A DNA stretch of 64,000 nt, taken from the NCBI RefSeq assembly GCF_050402865.1, contig NZ_BAABMF010000007.1:8141-72140 (forward strand), in the 5' to 3' direction. This DNA comes from Clostridium sediminicola (GTDB lineage: Bacteria > Bacillota > Clostridia > Clostridiales > Clostridiaceae). The first letter of the stretch is position 1. Each line of letters opens with the position of its first letter. Of this stretch, positions 49,745 to 60,145 are shown piece after piece. Under the pieces are notes generated by a model. That model saw only the letters and a program-made list of their open reading frames with translations. It was not told the origin of the DNA and searched no databases. The position numbers were made by a program, and so were the translations under genes.

Positions 49745-50818
49745 TTAATTCTTATTCTTAATTCGTATTAGTAAAGCTGTTAATGTAAAAAATATTAAAT
49801 CGAAAATAATAAAAACAGGAATTGATAACTCTACTATTTTTGCTCTTAATATTCTATCTAAAAGTTTTAAAGACAAATAAAAAACAAAAGGATAAATGAA
49901 TAAGCATAATTTTTTTATATCTATTTTTGTTAAGTGGTTTAAATTAAAAGCAACAGCAAAATAATTGACAGCTGAAGTTCTCAATGATATTAAAATCCAT
50001 ACAAACATGAATATATATCTAAAATTATTAATTATTGGTACATGAATACTTTCATAAACCAATATGAAAGACCAGTAGCTTTTAGGTATTATATCTATAC
50101 CTAAATAGAATATAGTTACAAAAATAACCCACACATATATTATTCCGGTTAATCCTACAGCTTTTAGGGCTGATTTTTTTATGGCCTTAGTATCCTCTAC
50201 ATATGGATAAAACAAAAGTAGTGCTTCCCAACCATGGTAAGAATAGCCCGTTGTTATAGTTGCTTTTAAAATATTCGATAAACCAGAACTTAAAAAAGGC
50301 TGTAGGTTCAATATTCTACCATATTTTAAAGCTGATATTGAGAATAAAATCACTACTATAAAAATATAAGAAATTAATTCACTTGTTTTTCCTAACACCT
50401 TTAATCCTTTATAGGCTCCATAAGCTGTTATGAAAATTGCTACAATAGCAATTTTTAATGGTGTTAAAAAATTGACGATATAAGTTTTTATTAGGATGAT
50501 AAAGTCTGATACAATTAAAACAGTAGTAATCAAAAATTCCATCATAAAAATAAAATTCAATATACTTCCTAATAAACTGCCAAAGTATTTTTTACTTAAG
50601 GAAAGTATATTTTCCTTTGGATGTTTATTTATAATATAACTGGCTATTAGAATAAGATATATTGGATATATTAATGCGATGATAGCAGAAATCCATGCAT
50701 CCTGACCTGCTGTTTCCACAACAGCATTAGGTAATTTTAAAATACCTGTTCCAACTACAAAACTAAATAATAAAAAAGTTAGTTGATTTTGAGTTAAAAG
50801 ATTTTCTTGTTTATTCAT
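49745..50818 (-). CDS. germinant receptor B subunit (spore germination permease), copy 1
   Basis: APC-family polytopic membrane protein. Start reassigned to MNKQEN at 50818, which overlaps the gerAA stop by 8 nt. Confidence 0.75.
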   Translation of the reverse strand: MNKQENLLTQNQLTFLLFSFVVGTGILKLPNAVVETAGQDAWISAIIALIYPIYLILIASYIINKHPKENILSLSKKYFGSLLGSILNFIFMMEFLITTVLIVSDFIILIKTYIVNFLTPLKIAIVAIFITAYGAYKGLKVLGKTSELISYIFIVVILFSISALKYGRILNLQPFLSSGLSNILKATITTGYSYHGWEALLLFYPYVEDTKAIKKSALKAVGLTGIIYVWVIFVTIFYLGIDIIPKSYWSFILVYESIHVPIINNFRYIFMFVWILISLRTSAVNYFAVAFNLNHLTKIDIKKLCLFIYPFVFYLSLKLLDRILRAKIVELSIPVFIIFDLIFFTLTALLIRIKNKN

Positions 50819-52295
50819 TATTATTCCTCCTGAACTGCTTCCTAAAATCACTCTGTCTTACTTGATTATTATTAGGAATAGATTCAGGTCTCTTATTCAT
50901 CTTCCATAATGGAGCTCTAATAAATATATCTTTTAAATCACTATTTTTAATTGAAACATAAGGTACACCAAAGCTTTCTAAAGAGAAAAGATGGATTATC
51001 AAAAAAAACATCCCCCCTGTTATGCCCAAGAACCCCATAGCATTTGTAAGTATTAGCATAGGAAATCTTAAAACTCTTATACTAAGGGACATTTCATAAT
51101 TAGGTATTAAAAAGGTAGCTATTACAGATATCCCAATTACAAGCAAAGTGGTAGGACTCACTATTTTAGATTCAACAGCAGTATTTCCTATGATAATACC
51201 ACCTACTATACTTAGGGTTGAAGCTATTCTAGGGGGAAGCCTAAGCCCACCTTCTCTTAGAAATTCTACTACAATTTCCATTGCTAATATTTCAAGAAAA
51301 GGTGTTAAAGCTATACCTTCTCTTGACTGTACAATAGGATTAATAAATTTTACTGGTATAAGTTCAGTATTGTATTCTATGAGAGCTAAATATATAGACG
51401 GTAGTGTTATTACTATAAAAACTGCTATAATTCGCAGAATTCTTGCAAAGGATGAAACTATAGTTCTCTGACTATAATCTTCAATGGCTTGAAAAAATTC
51501 TATAAAGATAGCAGGCACTGAGAGCACATAAGGAGCCCCATCAAATATAATCGCCACTCGTCCTTCCATTATATTTGATTCTATTATATCAGGCCTTTCA
51601 GAACCGTAAACTTGTGGAAATACAGTATAAGTACTATCTTCTAAATATTGTTCAAGAATACCAGTACACTCAACCATATCAACATCAATCTTGGTTATAC
51701 GATTACGAACTTCATTCAAAACATCATCATCTACTATACCTTCAATATACATTATAGCCAAATCTCTTTGTGAGAATCTTCCCACTTTAAATTTTTCAAT
51801 TGCTAAATTTTTATCTTTAATATGTCTTCTTATTAAAGTTATATTAGTATTTAAATTTTCTACAAAGCTTTCTCTTGATCCTCTTATTGCCGATTCATTT
51901 GGTGGATCAGAAATAGAGCGATAATTACCTCCTAATGTATTAAGAACTATACTGCTAGATATACCATCTATTAGAATAGCAGTTTTTCCTGATTTAATGG
52001 AATCAATAACTTTATTTATATCTGATTCAATAGATGTATTTGATACTGGTATAAATCTTTTGCATATATACTCTAAAGAACTATCTTTTAAGATTGATTT
52101 TTCATCTACATTATTCATAAGTGGGGTTAATATATCCCTATCTATCATTTCCTTATTAACCAAACCCTCTACATATATAAGCACTGCATCTAATACTTCC
52201 TCATTTCCAATGAAAAAATGTTTTACAGTAATTGGACTTTTACTACCAATTTCATTAATAATCAAATCAATATTTGTATCAATATTTGTATTCAT
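50811..52295 (-). CDS. germinant receptor A subunit (GerA/GerKA family)
   Basis: 494 aa. Soluble N-terminal domain plus 4-5 C-terminal TM helices. Family pattern (VKHFFIGNEEVLDAVLIYVEGLV, IRRHI.D.NL..E.F.VG..S). Confidence 0.85.
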   Translation of the reverse strand: MNTNIDTNIDLIINEIGSKSPITVKHFFIGNEEVLDAVLIYVEGLVNKEMIDRDILTPLMNNVDEKSILKDSSLEYICKRFIPVSNTSIESDINKVIDSIKSGKTAILIDGISSSIVLNTLGGNYRSISDPPNESAIRGSRESFVENLNTNITLIRRHIKDKNLAIEKFKVGRFSQRDLAIMYIEGIVDDDVLNEVRNRITKIDVDMVECTGILEQYLEDSTYTVFPQVYGSERPDIIESNIMEGRVAIIFDGAPYVLSVPAIFIEFFQAIEDYSQRTIVSSFARILRIIAVFIVITLPSIYLALIEYNTELIPVKFINPIVQSREGIALTPFLEILAMEIVVEFLREGGLRLPPRIASTLSIVGGIIIGNTAVESKIVSPTTLLVIGISVIATFLIPNYEMSLSIRVLRFPMLILTNAMGFLGITGGMFFLIIHLFSLESFGVPYVSIKNSDLKDIFIRAPLWKMNKRPESIPNNNQVRQSDFRKQFRRNNNE

Positions 52296-52496
52296 TATTT
52301 TTATCTCCTACATTAAAAGCATATTTACAAATTGATCATTTACTTCTTAAATTATAATTTTTGCATTTCTTTGTACCTTTATGCATATTTTTGTCGAATT
52401 CACGTCACAGTTTTACTATATGGTTAAACCACAGGATTATTCTTAAAAAAAATAGCCATACTAAGTATGAAAAGTAATTCATTTTAGGAGGATATA

Positions 52497-52655
52497 ATGA
52501 AAACTAAAAAGAAAAAAGAGTGGACTAAAGAGAATTTTTTAAAAAATGGTACTAAATCACAAAATCAACACTCAAAAAATGAGCTAAGTACTACAATAGA
52601 AGAACCAGGAATTAATGAAAGTGGTATAGAAGCTAAAAAAAACGGGTGGAAATAA
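52497..52655 (+). CDS. candidate small hydrophilic lysine-rich protein (52 aa), possibly spore-associated
   Basis: ATG preceded by GGAGGATATA. Translation is MKTKKKKEWTKENFLKNGTKSQNQHSKNELSTTIEEPGINESGIEAKKNGWK. It ends 4 nt before a strong terminator hairpin. It is below the ORF-track length cutoff. Confidence 0.3.
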   Translation: MKTKKKKEWTKENFLKNGTKSQNQHSKNELSTTIEEPGINESGIEAKKNGWK

Positions 52656-52659
52656 AAAT

Positions 52660-52690
52660 AAAGTGCGAAAAATCGCACTTTATTTAAAAT
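52660..52690. terminator. Bidirectional terminator AAAGTGCGA-aaaa-TCGCACTTT with flanking A and T runs
   Basis: Read directly from the sequence. It lies between the convergent small ORF and purL. Confidence 0.7.
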
Positions 52691-55600
52691 ACTCTACTCC
52701 AGATAGGAATATTTGTTGATCTTTTGAACCTATTATATTTTTATAAACATTGCTGTCTATTCTTTCTGAGTGTCCCATCTTACCAAAGATTCTACCATCT
52801 GGACTTGTAATCCCTTCAATTGCGTACATTGATCCATTTGGGTTGAAGTCTATATCATAAGTAGGTTTACCTTCAAAGTCTACATATTGAGTAGCAACCT
52901 GGCCGTTTTTGAATAACTCTTTAGCTATTTCATCAGTACATACAAATCTACCTTCACCATGAGATATTGCTATTGAGTGGATATCATCTTGTTGTACTTT
53001 GTTAAACCATGGTGATAATGTTGATGTGATTTTTGTATTGACTATCTTTGACATATGTTTTCCGATTTTATTATAAGTCAATGTTGGACAGTTTTCATCC
53101 ATCTCTCTAATCTCTCCAAAAGGTACAAGTCCTAGTTTAATTAATACTTGAAAGCCATTACAGATTCCTAACATTAAGCCATCTCTATTTTTCAATAAGT
53201 TCATAACCGCTTCCGTAACTTTTGGATTTCTAAATACAGCAGCAATAAATTTACCAGATCCATCTGGCTCATCTCCTGCACTAAATCCACCTGGTAACAT
53301 GATTATTTGAGAATTATTTATTGCTTTAACCATATTATTAATAGATTCTTCTATAAGCTGTGGTGTTAAATTTTTGAATACTCCTATTTCAGTTTTGGCG
53401 CCTACTTTTCTAAAAGCTCTATCCAAATCATATTCACTGTTTGTTCCTGGGAAAACTGGAATATAAACATTCGGTTGTGCAACCTTTATCACTGGTGATT
53501 TACTTTTGAATATTTCTTCTGAGGAGTATTTAATTTCGTCATCTATTTTATTGGAATCTATTTTAAATACCTTAGATAATGGTTTTTGCCATGCATCTAT
53601 TAAAGAATTAAGATTCATAACAGTATTTTTCACTTTTATTTCCGCTTTTGCTTGTGTAAATCCTAATAATTTATATGAAATTCCTTCAAGATCTTCTTTT
53701 AACTCAACTGATTCACAAAGCTCAAGTATTATAGACCCATAGTCAGGAGTAAATAAATTTTCAACTTTTACGTTGTTTGAAAAATTCATTCCGATTTTGT
53801 TACCAAAACACATTTTTGATACAGCTGCAGCTATTCCACCATATGTTACTGCATTTGCGGCAACTACTTTTTCTCTATGAATAAGTTCTCTAACTTTTTC
53901 AAAATTAGCTTTTAATATTTCAAAGTCAGGCAAACCATCTTCTCCAATAGGAGTCTGAACTAATACAACTTTGCTTCCTTTATTCTTGAATTCAGATGAT
54001 ACAACTTTATCAGTATCCACAACATTCACTGCGAAGGATACTAGTGTTGGTGGAACATTTAGATCTTTGAATGTTCCAGACATTGAATCCTTTCCACCTA
54101 TTGCTGGTATTTCTAATTTATTTTGAGCATAAAACGCTCCAAGTAATGCACTAAATGGTTTTCCCCATTTTTCCGGTGTTTTTCCTAATCTTTCAAAGTA
54201 TTCTTGGAATGTAAGTCTTATATTTTTATAATCTCCACCTGCTGCAACTATTTTAGTTACAGAATCTAATACCGCATAAAGAGCACCATGGAATGGACTC
54301 CATTTTGCAAGAGTTGGATTATAGCCATAAGACATAAGTGTTCCTGTTTTTGTTTCTCCATTTATAAGAGGAATTTTTGCACACATTACTTCAGATGGAG
54401 TAAGTTGATATTTTCCTCCAAATGGCATTAATACTGTCCCTGCGCCTATCGAACTGTCAAATTTTTCAATTAACCCTCTTTGAGATGCAACATTTAAGTC
54501 TTGAAGATTACTCATCCACTGCTCATTTACATCACTAATTTTCTTTTCTTCAAAATAAGTATTTTCAGAAGGTTTTGATACTTTAACATCAACCTTTTGT
54601 CTAACTCCATTAGTATCTAAGAAATCTCTCTTCAATGAAACAATAGGTTTTCCTCTCCATAACATTTTTAAAGTTCTATCATCTGTTACAGTAGATACTA
54701 CAATTGCTTCTAAATTCTCTTCTTCTGCATATTTTATAAATTCTTCAGCCATTTCTTTTTCAACTACTACTGCCATTCTTTCTTGAGATTCTGAAATAGA
54801 AAGCTCTGTTCCATCAAGCCCTTCGTATTTTTTAGAAACTAAATCAAGATTTATTGTGAGGCCATCACTAAGCTCACCAATAGCTACTGCTACTCCACCT
54901 GCTCCGAAGTCATTACATTTCTTTATCATATTACTTACTTTTTCATTTCTAAATAGCCTTTGAAGCTTTCTCTCTGTAGGAGCATTTCCCTTTTGTACTT
55001 CTGCACCACAAGTTAGAATAGATTCTTCGTCATGCTCTTTTGATGAACCAGTTGCACCACCACAACCATCTCTACCAGTTCTTCCACCAACAAGTATTAT
55101 TAAATCACCTTTTTCAGGAGTCTCTCTTCTAACATTTTTCTTTGGAGCAGCTGCAATAACGGCACCAATCTCCATTCTTTTTGCAACAAATCCCGGGTCA
55201 TAAATTTCACTAACAAGTCCAGTAGCAAGGCCTATTTGATTACCGTAAGAACTATATCCATCAGCAGCCCCTAAAGTAATTTGTCTTTGAGGAAGTTTTC
55301 CTGCTAATGTCTCTTCAATAAAAGCTCTTGGGTCTGCACTTCCTGTAACCCTCATGGCCTGGTAAACATATGATCTACCTGATAATGGATCTCTAATAGC
55401 TCCACCAAGACATGTTGCAGCTCCACCAAAAGGTTCAATTTCAGTTGGATGGTTATGCGTTTCATTCTTAAACATTACTAGATATTTTTCTGTTTTGCCA
55501 TCTACATCAACATCGCATTCAATACTGCAAGCATTGATTTCTTCTGATACTTCAAGGTCATCTAGTTTCCCTTCTTTACGAAGCTTTTTCATTCCCATTA

Positions 55601-56438
55601 CAGCTATATCCATAAGAGTCATTTCTTTTTTTCTATCTCCGTATACGTATATTCTCGAATTCTTATACATATCGAAAGACTCTTTAATTGCTTTGGTGTA
55701 TTTTGAATCTTCAATTTCAATATTTTCTAGTTTTGTTTCAAAAGTAGTGTGTCTGCAGTGATCTGACCAATAAGTATCTATTACTTTTATTTCAGTAATA
55801 GTAGGATTTCTCTTTTCTGTATCTCTAAAATACTCCTGGCAAAATTTTAAATCTTCAAAACTCATTGCAAAACCATGTTCATTAATAAATATGTTAAGTT
55901 TTTCATCATTCATCTCAATAAATCCATCAATAATTGCTACTTCTGCTGGTATATGAGTTTCTATATCTAAATTCTCAGGCTTCTCGAGAAGTGCTTCTCT
56001 TGAATCTACATTATTTATATAATAATCTTTTATATTTACAAAATCATCATCAGATACGCATCCATCAATAACTATAATTTTTGCGCAAGCAATTTTAGGT
56101 CTTTCTCCATGAGTTATAAGCTGAATACATTGACTTGCTGAATCAGCTCTTTGATCATATTGTCCTGGCAAGTATTCAACCGCAAATACTTTTGAATCTG
56201 AATTGAATTCGATTTTTTCGTCACAAACATTATCTACAGTTGGCTCTGAAAAAATAGTGTTTCTTGCTTTTTCATATATTTCATCAGAAACACCTTCAAT
56301 GTCATATCTATTCACTAACCTTAATTTCTTAATACCCTCTATCCCAAGGTTTTCAGTTAATTCGCCATACAAAGCCATAGCTTCTACATCAAATCCCGAT
56401 TTCTTTTCCACATAAATTCTTCTGACATTGTTATTCAT
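52680..56438 (-). CDS. purL: phosphoribosylformylglycinamidine synthase, large single-chain form (PurS-PurL-PurQ fusion type)
   Basis: 1252 aa. FGAM synthetase domains and a C-terminal class-I glutamine amidotransferase (GICNGFQ, H...E). Confidence 0.95.
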   Translation of the reverse strand: MNNNVRRIYVEKKSGFDVEAMALYGELTENLGIEGIKKLRLVNRYDIEGVSDEIYEKARNTIFSEPTVDNVCDEKIEFNSDSKVFAVEYLPGQYDQRADSASQCIQLITHGERPKIACAKIIVIDGCVSDDDFVNIKDYYINNVDSREALLEKPENLDIETHIPAEVAIIDGFIEMNDEKLNIFINEHGFAMSFEDLKFCQEYFRDTEKRNPTITEIKVIDTYWSDHCRHTTFETKLENIEIEDSKYTKAIKESFDMYKNSRIYVYGDRKKEMTLMDIAVMGMKKLRKEGKLDDLEVSEEINACSIECDVDVDGKTEKYLVMFKNETHNHPTEIEPFGGAATCLGGAIRDPLSGRSYVYQAMRVTGSADPRAFIEETLAGKLPQRQITLGAADGYSSYGNQIGLATGLVSEIYDPGFVAKRMEIGAVIAAAPKKNVRRETPEKGDLIILVGGRTGRDGCGGATGSSKEHDEESILTCGAEVQKGNAPTERKLQRLFRNEKVSNMIKKCNDFGAGGVAVAIGELSDGLTINLDLVSKKYEGLDGTELSISESQERMAVVVEKEMAEEFIKYAEEENLEAIVVSTVTDDRTLKMLWRGKPIVSLKRDFLDTNGVRQKVDVKVSKPSENTYFEEKKISDVNEQWMSNLQDLNVASQRGLIEKFDSSIGAGTVLMPFGGKYQLTPSEVMCAKIPLINGETKTGTLMSYGYNPTLAKWSPFHGALYAVLDSVTKIVAAGGDYKNIRLTFQEYFERLGKTPEKWGKPFSALLGAFYAQNKLEIPAIGGKDSMSGTFKDLNVPPTLVSFAVNVVDTDKVVSSEFKNKGSKVVLVQTPIGEDGLPDFEILKANFEKVRELIHREKVVAANAVTYGGIAAAVSKMCFGNKIGMNFSNNVKVENLFTPDYGSIILELCESVELKEDLEGISYKLLGFTQAKAEIKVKNTVMNLNSLIDAWQKPLSKVFKIDSNKIDDEIKYSSEEIFKSKSPVIKVAQPNVYIPVFPGTNSEYDLDRAFRKVGAKTEIGVFKNLTPQLIEESINNMVKAINNSQIIMLPGGFSAGDEPDGSGKFIAAVFRNPKVTEAVMNLLKNRDGLMLGICNGFQVLIKLGLVPFGEIREMDENCPTLTYNKIGKHMSKIVNTKITSTLSPWFNKVQQDDIHSIAISHGEGRFVCTDEIAKELFKNGQVATQYVDFEGKPTYDIDFNPNGSMYAIEGITSPDGRIFGKMGHSERIDSNVYKNIIGSKDQQIFLSGVEYFK

Positions 56439-56451
56439 GGTTTTACTCCTT

Positions 56452-57720
56452 CTAATTAAAATTCTTTTTTAAGCCAATATCTTTTCTATAATGCATCCCA
56501 TCAAAATGGATATTCTGAAGATCTTTGTATGCTTTTTCTCTTGCTTCTTCCAAACTCTCCCCAAGAGCTACTACAGACAAAACTCTTCCTCCTGATGTTT
56601 TCAATTTTCCATCATTATATTTAGCTCCACAAATAAATACTTTACTATCGACTTTATCTATTCCTAAAATTTCATATCCTTTTTCATAAGTACCAGGATA
56701 TCCTTTAGAAACTCCGTTAACACAACAAGCATGTTTTTCCTTCCATTTAACTTCACAAGTTTCTAATTTCCCATCCACTGCTTTCATCATTAAATTTAAA
56801 TAATCACTTTCCATTAATGAAAGCACTGCCTGCGTTTCAGGGTCCCCCATTCTCACATTGTATTCAAGAAGATAAACTCCCTTTTTAGTAATCATTAATC
56901 CAAAGAAAATTGTTCCCACAAAATCCATCTTTTCTTCTTTTATACCCACTAATGTATTTTTCATAACGTCTTCTTCAAAGGCTTTTAGCACTTCATCATC
57001 ACAATAGAAGTTTGGAGCTATAACACCCATACCACCTGTATTTGGACCCTTGTCTCCATCAAAAATTTGTTTATGATCTTTGCTTGAAATAAAAGGAATA
57101 ATTGTTTTACCATCTGTAATTGAAAGTATAGAAGCTTCTACTCCTTCTAAGAATTCTTCCACAACAATTTCTAGTCCAGCACCATGGAAAATATCTAAAA
57201 CCATTAATTTGTCTATAGCCTCTACTGCTTCTGTTACACTTTCACAGATAATTACCCCTTTACCAGCTGCAAGTCCATCTGCTTTAACAACTACTGGGTA
57301 TTCACATCTTTGCACGTACTCTATTGCTTTTTTTCTATCATTAAACACTTTGTATTCTGCACTTCTAATTCCATATTTTTCGGCGAATTTCTTAGCAAAA
57401 CTCTTACTTCCTTCTAATTGTGCCGCAGCTTTTGATGGCCCAAAAATCTTTAAATTTCTTTTTTTGAAAAGATCTACTATGCCATCAACTAATGGTACCT
57501 CGGGTCCAACAATAGTAAGTGCTATTTCATTTTCTATAGCAAAATCAGCCAATTTTTCTATTTCAGTTATATCTAAATTTTCGCATTTATTTTCTAATTG
57601 TGTTCCACCATTTCCTGGTGCCACATATATTTTTTCAACATCTTTATTTTGAGAAATATTCCAAGCAATTGCATGTTCTCTCCCACCTGAACCTACGATT
57701 AATATTTTCAATGTATGCAT
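56452..57720 (-). CDS. purD: phosphoribosylamine--glycine ligase
   Basis: MHTLKILIVGSGGREHAIAW and an ATP-grasp pattern. Length is 422 aa. Confidence 0.9.
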   Translation of the reverse strand: MHTLKILIVGSGGREHAIAWNISQNKDVEKIYVAPGNGGTQLENKCENLDITEIEKLADFAIENEIALTIVGPEVPLVDGIVDLFKKRNLKIFGPSKAAAQLEGSKSFAKKFAEKYGIRSAEYKVFNDRKKAIEYVQRCEYPVVVKADGLAAGKGVIICESVTEAVEAIDKLMVLDIFHGAGLEIVVEEFLEGVEASILSITDGKTIIPFISSKDHKQIFDGDKGPNTGGMGVIAPNFYCDDEVLKAFEEDVMKNTLVGIKEEKMDFVGTIFFGLMITKKGVYLLEYNVRMGDPETQAVLSLMESDYLNLMMKAVDGKLETCEVKWKEKHACCVNGVSKGYPGTYEKGYEILGIDKVDSKVFICGAKYNDGKLKTSGGRVLSVVALGESLEEAREKAYKDLQNIHFDGMHYRKDIGLKKNFN

Positions 57721-57880
57721 CTCCTTTTCAAGATCGGCTTAATAATTACTTCTACTTTTGTTTTGAAAATATGCATGTTTCTAACATTTTTCAAAACAAT
57801 CTAGTAGATGTTTTTTTCAACGTTCCCTAACTGTGTACTTATTTTGAGTATAACCTATAGGTTAATCTATTTTAAAGATT

Positions 57881-57928
57881 AAAAACAAAAGGTAAATTGG
57901 TTATTCCAATTACTCACCTTTTGTTTTT
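57881..57928. terminator. Hairpin AAAAACAAAAGGT...ACCTTTTGTTTTT (12-13 bp stem) between purH and purD
   Basis: Read directly from the sequence. On the minus strand it is followed by a U-rich stretch. Confidence 0.45.
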
Positions 57929-57935
57929 AGTTTTA

Positions 57936-59438
57936 CTAATGTTTAAAGTGTCTTAAGCCTGTCATTACCATAGACATCCCATTTTCATCACAAGCCTCTA
58001 TTGAATCCTTGTCTCTAATAGAACCACCTGGTTGAATGATTGCTTTTATTCCATATTTAGCTGCTTCTTTTACAACATCATTAAATGGGAAGAAAGCATC
58101 TGAAGCCAAAACTGTTGCTTCTCCTTTAGCTCTTTCTAAAGCTTCCTGTGCTGCCCAAATTCTGTTAACTTGGCCTGCACCTACTCCAGTAGCCATACCA
58201 TCTTTTGCCACTACAATAGCATTAGATTTCACATACTTACAAACTTTCATAGCAAATATCATATCTTTCATTTCTCTATCAGTAGGTTGTTTTTTAGTAA
58301 CTACTTCATATTTATCTGCAAATTTCTTATCTTCTTCCATTACTAAAATACCACCATCAACTCTTGCAAGATTATACTCATCCTCTGGTTTAACTTCACA
58401 CTTAATAACTCTAAGATTTTTCTTAGTTTTTAGTACTTCTAATGCGTCCTCGTCAAAAGCTGGTGCAATAACAATCTCAAGGAAAATTTTGACCATTTCT
58501 TCCGCTGCAGCTTTATTTACTGAAGTATTGCATGCAACTATTCCACCAAATATTGAAACAGGGTCACAACTATAAGCTTTTACATAAGCTTCTTCAACAG
58601 TTTCAGCAATTGCAACTCCGCAAGGAGTATTATGTTTTAATCCACAAACTGCAATTTCTTCAAACTCCCAAACAGTTTTCCAAGCAATATCCATATCTTT
58701 TATGTTATTGTAAGATAACTGCTTACCATTTAGTTGCTCAAAGTTATTCATAGCTCCTATACCACTTGTTGCTTTATAATAAGCTGCTGTTTGATGAGAG
58801 TTTTCTCCATATCTTAAATCAGCATCTTTTTCGTAAGACAAAGATAAATATTTAGGATACTCTTCTTCTAACATAAAGTTACTAATAGCAGCATCATAAG
58901 CAGATGTCAGATTGAATACTTTACCTGCCAATTTTTTCTTAGTATCGTAATTTACTTCTCCAGACTCATTCATTTGAACTTTTACATCTTCATAATCAGA
59001 TGGATCAGTTATAACTACTACATCTCTAAAGTTTTTAGCAGCGGATCTTAGCATAGTAGGCCCACCAATATCAATAAATTCTATTTTTTCGTCAAATTCT
59101 AAGTCTTCTTTAACTTTTTCAAAGAAAGGATATAAATTTACAATAACCATATCAATTGGTTCAATATTCAATTCTTCTATCTTATTCATGTGATCAGCAT
59201 TGTCTCTAATCGCTAATAATCCTCCGTGAATACATGGATGAAGTGTCTTAACTCTGCCATCAAGAATTTCTGGAAATCCTGTAATTTCATTTACTTCAGT
59301 AACAGGTATATCATTTTCTTTCAAATGTCTGTATGTTCCACCAGTTGAAATAATTTCAACACCTTTTTCCACTAAGAATTTAGCAAAATCAGCAATTCCT
59401 TCTTTTTTAAACACACTTATTAACGCTCTTTTTATCAC
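57936..59438 (-). CDS. purH: bifunctional AICAR transformylase / IMP cyclohydrolase
   Basis: [14 protein letters not shown] matches the PurH N-terminus (MGS-like domain) and the C-terminal AICARFT domain follows. Probable GTG start at 59438, preceded by AAAGGGG. The ORF-track start at 59480 would read into an intergenic repeat. Confidence 0.9.
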   Translation of the reverse strand: MIKRALISVFKKEGIADFAKFLVEKGVEIISTGGTYRHLKENDIPVTEVNEITGFPEILDGRVKTLHPCIHGGLLAIRDNADHMNKIEELNIEPIDMVIVNLYPFFEKVKEDLEFDEKIEFIDIGGPTMLRSAAKNFRDVVVITDPSDYEDVKVQMNESGEVNYDTKKKLAGKVFNLTSAYDAAISNFMLEEEYPKYLSLSYEKDADLRYGENSHQTAAYYKATSGIGAMNNFEQLNGKQLSYNNIKDMDIAWKTVWEFEEIAVCGLKHNTPCGVAIAETVEEAYVKAYSCDPVSIFGGIVACNTSVNKAAAEEMVKIFLEIVIAPAFDEDALEVLKTKKNLRVIKCEVKPEDEYNLARVDGGILVMEEDKKFADKYEVVTKKQPTDREMKDMIFAMKVCKYVKSNAIVVAKDGMATGVGAGQVNRIWAAQEALERAKGEATVLASDAFFPFNDVVKEAAKYGIKAIIQPGGSIRDKDSIEACDENGMSMVMTGLRHFKH

Positions 59439-59533
59439 AGTTAGCACCCCTTTATTCAGTGCACAATTCACAATGCACAATTCACAATTATTGTTGATTT
59501 TCTGAGAAAATCTTTAAATTTATTAATCTTACC

Positions 59534-60145
59534 TTAATTAATTATAGTCGCTCTTCTTCCTTCTATCCTAATTCTTTTTTCTGAAATCAGTTTGATTGCT
59601 TCTGGAAGAGCTATATGTTCTTGAACTAAAACTCTTTTTTGTAATTCTTTTGGTGTATCTTTACTTTTAACTTCAACAGCCTTTTGCAAAATAATAACCC
59701 CAGTATCAGTTCCTTCATCCACAAAATGAACAGTACAGCCAGCAATTTTCACTCCGTATTCAATTGCTTTTTCGTGAACTTTGATACCATACATTCCTGC
59801 CCCACAGAAAGCTGGTATCAAAGAAGGATGAATATTTACTATCTTATTTTTAAATTTATTTAGTATATCCCCTTTTAAAATCGACAAAAACCCTGCTAAA
59901 ACAATCAAATCAACTTTCCCATCAATTACTTTTAGTATTTCATCAGATAAATTAGCCCCGTATTCTTTTTTATCTAAAGTAATACCTTTTATATTATGTT
60001 TTTCCGCTCGTTTTATAGCATAAGCCCCTTTTTTATCACAAATTACATATTCAATACTACAGTTCAAGTAACCATCCTCAATTCTATCTATAATTGATTG
60101 AAGATTACTTCCTCCCCCTGAGGCCAAAACTGCTATTTTAAACAT
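59534..60145 (-). CDS. purN: phosphoribosylglycinamide formyltransferase
   Basis: MFKIAVLASGGGSNLQSIID and the formyltransferase fold (HPSLIP.F.G). Confidence 0.9.
   Translation of the reverse strand: MFKIAVLASGGGSNLQSIIDRIEDGYLNCSIEYVICDKKGAYAIKRAEKHNIKGITLDKKEYGANLSDEILKVIDGKVDLIVLAGFLSILKGDILNKFKNKIVNIHPSLIPAFCGAGMYGIKVHEKAIEYGVKIAGCTVHFVDEGTDTGVIILQKAVEVKSKDTPKELQKRVLVQEHIALPEAIKLISEKRIRIEGRRATIIN

Noticed and set aside
59439-59480. Longer purH start ([15 protein letters not shown]...).
   Set aside because: The extension reads through the intergenic heptamer repeat (59455-59500) and does not match PurH N-termini. A GTG at 59438 with an AAAGGGG ribosome-binding site gives the canonical (M)IKRALISV start.
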